A stretch of DNA of 64,000 bases from Arcobacteraceae bacterium (lineage in GTDB: Bacteria; Campylobacterota; Campylobacteria; Campylobacterales; Arcobacteraceae). Numbering within the stretch: the first letter of the stretch is position 1; every line of letters starts with the position of its first letter. The notes below the pieces were generated by a model. It ran no database searches, was not told the DNA's origin, and saw nothing but the letters and a program-made list of their open reading frames with translations. The stretch is taken from positions 454,958 through 518,957 of the forward strand of contig CBDCZH010000010.1 in the NCBI GenBank assembly GCA_965224485.1, given 5' to 3'. This document shows positions 59,804-64,000 of the stretch, piece by piece. Both the position numbers and the translations under genes were made by a program.

Positions 59804-59999
59804 TTTATTTATACCTCTTATGATATTTACTTTTAAGTTTTATGCAAGAGTTGTTATTTTAGAAACTAAACTTTCTTTTTTTAAAGAGATAAAAGAATCA
59901 ATTGATAATTTATATGATAAGTTTGATGATTTTAAAGATGAAATACACGCATTTCAACTTAAGAATAAAGATTAATAAAAATTATTATTAGGTTGATAT

Positions 60000-60076
60000 T
60001 GGTTGCGGAAACAGGATTTGAACCTGTGACCTACGGGTTATGAGCCCGTCGAGCTACCGTGCTGCTCTATTCCGCG
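60000..60076 (-). tRNA. Initiator tRNA-fMet(CAT), intact copy at the integration site
   Basis: CGCGGAATAGAGCAGCACGGTAGCTCGACGGGCTCATAACCCG...GCAACCA; C1:A72 mismatch and 3 G:C pairs in the anticodon stem. Confidence 0.95.
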
Positions 60077-60090
60077 ATATACTGCTTATA

Positions 60091-60165
60091 TGGATGGGGT
60101 AGAAGGATTCGAACCTTCGAATGACGGCACCAAAAGCCGTTGCCTTACCGCTTGGCCATACCCCA
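60091..60165 (-). tRNA. tRNA-Gln(TTG)
   Basis: TGGGGTATGGCCAAGCGGTAAGGCAACGGCTTTTGGTGCCG...GGTTCGAATCC...CCA. Confidence 0.95.
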
Positions 60166-60255
60166 AACTTTAAGCGGATAGAATGATAGTGTTTCTTTAA
60201 TTAAAGTAAGATTAAATTATGCTATTTTTTATAAAAAATAGCATAAAAATTGAAA

Positions 60256-60720
60256 TTAATCTTCTAGTTCTTTTAAAACAGCCTCAAAAAGTTTTTTATC
60301 TATTATTTTAAAGCCACTTATTACAGAATATGCTAATGATTCTAAAATCTCATCCTGGTCTTTTGCATTGTTTGGTTTTTTAATATTTTCTAAATTACAG
60401 TTATTATTAAAATTATGATAAACCTTTTCATCTGGTAAAAAGTCTAATCTATGAGTTAAATCATTTTTTAGTTTTCTTGTTTCATCCATGATTTTAAATT
60501 CATCAAAAGTAATAATATTTGATTCTTTTAATTCAAGCAATAACTTATGTTGTGTTTTACTTCTTGAAGAAGAAGGAATTAACGCCTCACTTATAAATTC
60601 ATAATAACTCTCAACAGCAGAAATAATCATAAATATATTATTTCCCTCATCTTTTTGTAGTTTTGAAGTATTTTTTATAAAATCTTTAAAATACTGTATT
60701 TTTTTTAATGGTATAGTCAT
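60256..60720 (-). CDS. Hypothetical helical protein (possibly HEPN-like)
   Basis: RKLKNDLTH resembles an RNxxxH-type motif; operonic with the upstream ORF. Confidence 0.55.
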   Translation of the reverse strand: MTIPLKKIQYFKDFIKNTSKLQKDEGNNIFMIISAVESYYEFISEALIPSSSRSKTQHKLLLELKESNIITFDEFKIMDETRKLKNDLTHRLDFLPDEKVYHNFNNNCNLENIKKPNNAKDQDEILESLAYSVISGFKIIDKKLFEAVLKELED

Positions 60721-60729
60721 TTTTTTTCC

Positions 60730-61479
60730 TTATTCGTAATATGTAACAGCAGGTGGTGTGCTTAAAAATATTTTTTTAGTTGAGTGAGATATTGCATGCT
60801 TTAGTTTAGCACTTTGCATTGGGTGTCCAAATTGTAAGTAGGAAATAGCTCCTTCTTTCGATCTCTCTTTTTTATATGTAAAAACTATATTTTTCCCAAG
60901 TGAAGTACATTGATCAAAGATAGCTTTTGCATATTCTTGTATATCTGGGAATTCTTTCGTACTGATTTTCTCACCCCAAGAAAATAGTATAAACTTTCCA
61001 TTAGGAACCATATTCACAGCATCTAAATACATTAAATCTCTATCAAAGGCAGTGTTTTGAGCTGAATTATATCTTTCTAAGTCATCATTGAATTTCACTA
61101 ATAATGTTTGAGCATCAATATGTTCTTCATTAAGATTGAATAAATTTTTAATTTCAACTATCTTGCCCTTACAAGTATCATTTAATGCTTGTTTATAAAC
61201 AGTTATATAGTTTTCACTCTTTAATTCAATCATTTCATTAAAATTATCAAAGTCTTGATCTAAAAGAAATTTATTTGAATCAAATCCAACTGGAGTTACT
61301 ACTGGATTATATATGATTACTGTTCCAACTATATTTTTCTTTCTATCTTTTGCTGTTTTGATTTTTTGTTTTAATTCTTTTGGAGTTATTTCTTCTTCAT
61401 CATCTCTATTAAAGTACATATAACTTGAAGTTACAAAAACTTCATCATATTTACTAATTAATTCGCCAAAATATTGCAT
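60730..61479 (-). CDS. Hypothetical protein
   Basis: 249-aa ORF with AAGGA RBS; YNP...NLF...FSWG...HP pattern loosely recalls the UDG-like/DUF1643 fold. Confidence 0.6.
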   Translation of the reverse strand: MQYFGELISKYDEVFVTSSYMYFNRDDEEEITPKELKQKIKTAKDRKKNIVGTVIIYNPVVTPVGFDSNKFLLDQDFDNFNEMIELKSENYITVYKQALNDTCKGKIVEIKNLFNLNEEHIDAQTLLVKFNDDLERYNSAQNTAFDRDLMYLDAVNMVPNGKFILFSWGEKISTKEFPDIQEYAKAIFDQCTSLGKNIVFTYKKERSKEGAISYLQFGHPMQSAKLKHAISHSTKKIFLSTPPAVTYYE

Positions 61480-61589
61480 TTTTTTCCTTTATATTACGAA
61501 ATAATAGCTAAGATACATAGAATAATAGCTTATAAAATTTAATCAACATTTTTTTAGAAAAACAATGGTAAAATAATTTTTTAAATAGG

Positions 61590-62438
61590 ATGAATATGAT
61601 TAAAATACTTAAAAATTCTGAGCTTAAAAATTCTCTTCTTATTCTTCTTGGTTGCTTGTTTTTAGCCCTAGGAGTTGTTCAGTTCTTATTACCAAATAAT
61701 ATAATAACAGGTGGAACAGCTGGTTTATCATTACTTATTTACCATGTAAGTTCTTTTACAATTGGTTCTATTATGATAATAATCAATATTCCTTTATTAC
61801 TTTTAGGCGGTAAATATTTAGGGCGCGCTTTTGCAATTAGAACTATAATTACTATTATCTTAAGTTCACTTTGTATTGATGTTTTTGCTGAAATACTGCA
61901 AATCAAAGCTTTTACCACAGACCCCATTTTAGCTGCAATTTTTGGTGGTGTTTTTATAGGTCTTGGTCTTGGTTTAATAATGCAAGCTAAGTCCTCAGCA
62001 GGTGGTTCAACAATAATTGCAAAAATAATTTCAACAAAAACAGAAATTAAAGCAGCAAGGGTAATTTTAATTATTGATGCAAGTATTATTCTTTCTAGTA
62101 TTTTAATTTTTGATGATATTTCAAAGGCTTTATACTCAATTCTTAGTATTTATGTAACAGTAAAAGTTATTGATGTTTTATTAAGTGGAGCGCCTAGTAA
62201 AAAAGTTGTTCATTTAGTTACAAATAATGTTGAAGCAATTAGCAAAGAAATAAAAGAAAAACTAGGGCCTTATGGAACTATTATAAAAGGTATTGGATTA
62301 AATGATGAGAAAAAAAAGATCATTATGTTAGTTGTTGAATTAAATAAATTACAAGTTTTAAGAGAAATTATGAAAAATAATGATGAAGATGCTTTTTTAA
62401 TTATTTCAGAAGCATCTGAGATGTTAGGAAGAGAATAA
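61590..62438 (+). CDS. YitT-family membrane protein
   Basis: ITGGTAG, NIPL, SSAGGS, DEDAFLIISEASEMLG. Confidence 0.88.
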   Translation: MNMIKILKNSELKNSLLILLGCLFLALGVVQFLLPNNIITGGTAGLSLLIYHVSSFTIGSIMIIINIPLLLLGGKYLGRAFAIRTIITIILSSLCIDVFAEILQIKAFTTDPILAAIFGGVFIGLGLGLIMQAKSSAGGSTIIAKIISTKTEIKAARVILIIDASIILSSILIFDDISKALYSILSIYVTVKVIDVLLSGAPSKKVVHLVTNNVEAISKEIKEKLGPYGTIIKGIGLNDEKKKIIMLVVELNKLQVLREIMKNNDEDAFLIISEASEMLGRE

Positions 62439-63550
62439 TGAGATATGAAAAAATATCTTCTTTTATTGTTATGGATATTGTAAAAGAAGCACAAAAATAT
62501 GAAAATGCAATACATTTTGAAATAGGGCAACCAGACCTTATGCCAAGTCCTAAGGTAAAAGAAGCCTTACATGAGGCAATAAATAATAATGCTTTTTCAT
62601 ATACAGAATCTTTGGGTTTAAAAAGTTTAAGAATTAAAATAAAAGAGCATTATAAAAAAACATATGATGTTAATATTAATGAAGATCAAATTTTACTAAC
62701 TCCTGGTACCTCAGGAGCTTTTTTAGTAGCTTATACCTTATGTTTAAAACATAATCAAACTTTGGGCATGTCTGATCCTTCTTATCCTTGTTATAAGAAT
62801 TTTGCTCATATGTTAGATATAAATCCAGCTTTTATGAAAATAAATAAAGAAACGAATTATGAACTAAGAGTTGAACATCTTAAAAATAAAGATTTAAATG
62901 CTTTACAAATCTCTTCTCCTGCTAATCCTACTGGTAATTTATATGAAAAAGATACCTTAGCTTCTTTAATAAAATACTGTAATGAAAATAAAATTGCTTT
63001 TATTTCAGATGAGTTATATCATGGTTTAACTTATGAACAAAATGCTCATACTGCTTTAGAGTTTTCTAATGATGTTTTTGTAATAAATGGTTTTTCAAAA
63101 TATTATTGCATGCCAGGATTAAGACTTGGTTGGATTATTGTTCCTAAAAAACATATAAGAACTGCTGAAAAAATAGCACAAAATATTTTTATTTCTGCTC
63201 CTACTTTATCTCAATATGGAGCTTTAGAAGCTTTTGATTATGAGTACTTAGAAGATGTTAAAAATACTTTCAAGCAAAGAAGAGACTATTTATACAAAGA
63301 GTTAAATGAACTCTTTGAAGTTGATGCTAAACCTCAAGGTGCTTTTTACTTATGGGTTAATGTTTCAAAATATACAAATGATTCTTTTGCTTTTTCAAAA
63401 CTTTTATTAAAAGAGATTCAAGTAGCAACAACACCAGGTGCTGATTTTGCCAATGTTGATGCAAATTTATATCTTCGTTTTGCTTATACAAGGGATATAA
63501 ATCACTTAAAAGAGGGTATTAAAAGATTAAGAGCTTATTTATTAAAATGA
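62438..63550 (+). CDS. Class I/II PLP-dependent aminotransferase
   Basis: EIGQPD, SPANPTG, SDELYH, NGFSKYYCMPGLRLGW. Confidence 0.92.
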   Translation: MRYEKISSFIVMDIVKEAQKYENAIHFEIGQPDLMPSPKVKEALHEAINNNAFSYTESLGLKSLRIKIKEHYKKTYDVNINEDQILLTPGTSGAFLVAYTLCLKHNQTLGMSDPSYPCYKNFAHMLDINPAFMKINKETNYELRVEHLKNKDLNALQISSPANPTGNLYEKDTLASLIKYCNENKIAFISDELYHGLTYEQNAHTALEFSNDVFVINGFSKYYCMPGLRLGWIIVPKKHIRTAEKIAQNIFISAPTLSQYGALEAFDYEYLEDVKNTFKQRRDYLYKELNELFEVDAKPQGAFYLWVNVSKYTNDSFAFSKLLLKEIQVATTPGADFANVDANLYLRFAYTRDINHLKEGIKRLRAYLLK

Positions 63551-63736
63551 AATTGACTTAAAGGTTTTTACTAGTTATAATTAAATATAGTTAGAATCAA
63601 GAATTTAAAAAAGGATTTTTATGAATGTTTTAATATATGAAGATAGTTTTTTTGCAAAAATGTTTCTACAAAATGACATTTTAATTAATAATATCAAAAA
63701 CTTTTTACTAAAAAATCATAGAGTTTTAGGCTATTT

Positions 63737-64000
63737 TTAAAGTTTTTCCAAAAGCTCTTCTAAGTTTTCTAGTTTATTTATAAAATAACTGGCTTTTGAA
63801 AAATCATGGCTTTTTGTAAATTCATTATACACCATGATACAAGGTATTTTTGCATTAAAAGCTGATGTTAAACCTCTTTGGGAATCTTCTACAACTATAC
63901 ACTCATCTTTTAAAGCATTGAATTTTTCAACTCCAGCTAAATATGGATCAGCATAAGGTTTTGCTCTTTTATACTCTTCCACGCACAAAGAAAAATCCAT
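63737..64000 (-). CDS. HAD-family hydrolase, 3' part (runs off the window)
   Basis: KPYADPY, CIVVEDSQRG. Confidence 0.85.
   Translation of the reverse strand: MDFSLCVEEYKRAKPYADPYLAGVEKFNALKDECIVVEDSQRGLTSAFNAKIPCIMVYNEFTKSHDFSKASYFINKLENLEELLEKL

Larger units (their letters stand above)
58648..59975 (+). pseudogene. 70-aa TM plus coiled-coil (holin-like) gene interrupted by IS30
   Basis: Removing the IS and one TTT copy restores MLEFLTFGLAELTTLFIPLMIFTFKFYARVVILETKL...NKD* in frame. Confidence 0.8.
46217..60044. mobile_element. Integrated rolling-circle, phage-like element (~13.8 kb) in tRNA-fMet
   Basis: 47-bp att repeats, tyrosine integrase, CI/CII, Rep_trans initiator, lysozyme, fibre protein. 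Confidence 0.93.

Noticed and set aside
59793..59975. Independent 60-aa gene
   Set aside because: Its TTG start lies in the IS30 right IR; it is the 3' part of the gene starting at 58648
46217..60044. Calling the element an inovirus, an ICE/IME or a standard tailed prophage
   Set aside because: No Zot-like ATPase and a lysozyme is present; no T4SS or coupling protein; no terminase, portal or HK97 capsid recognised

Overview
AT-rich chromosomal window; gene content points to Campylobacterota, probably Arcobacteraceae (inference). (1) 1-8 kb: formate dehydrogenase and Mo/W-cofactor region (fdhB end, fdhC, fdhD, ModE-like regulator, moeA, WtpABC-type tungstate transporter) with a shared palindromic operator. 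(2) 8-17.9 kb: accessory island with palindromic repeats and an integron-like cassette array whose attC core sites match, but no integrase in the window. It carries a Schlafen/AlbA_2-NACHT protein, two nucleases, a BrnT/BrnA pair whose toxin is interrupted by an IS110 element with a readable candidate bridge-RNA donor loop, and a RelE fragment. (3) 18-46 kb: mostly housekeeping and metabolic genes, including an IclR-linked cluster with three CitE-like lyase domains and a eukaryote-type phosphagen (arginine) kinase. (4) 46.2-60.0 kb: a ~13.8 kb element integrated in tRNA-fMet (47-bp att repeats) that splits a Gln-fMet-Tyr-Phe-Leu tRNA cluster. It encodes 186/P2-like CI and CII, a tyrosine integrase, a pT181/Rep_trans rolling-circle initiator with a candidate nick-site hairpin, a putative SSB, a lysozyme, a collagen-like fibre and three related small proteins, but no recognisable terminase, portal, HK97 capsid or Zot/FtsK ATPase. 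This element is the best candidate for an undescribed virus-like system. (5) 60-64 kb: ordinary genes. Many single-base indels in homopolymers break otherwise intact genes and are probably sequencing errors.
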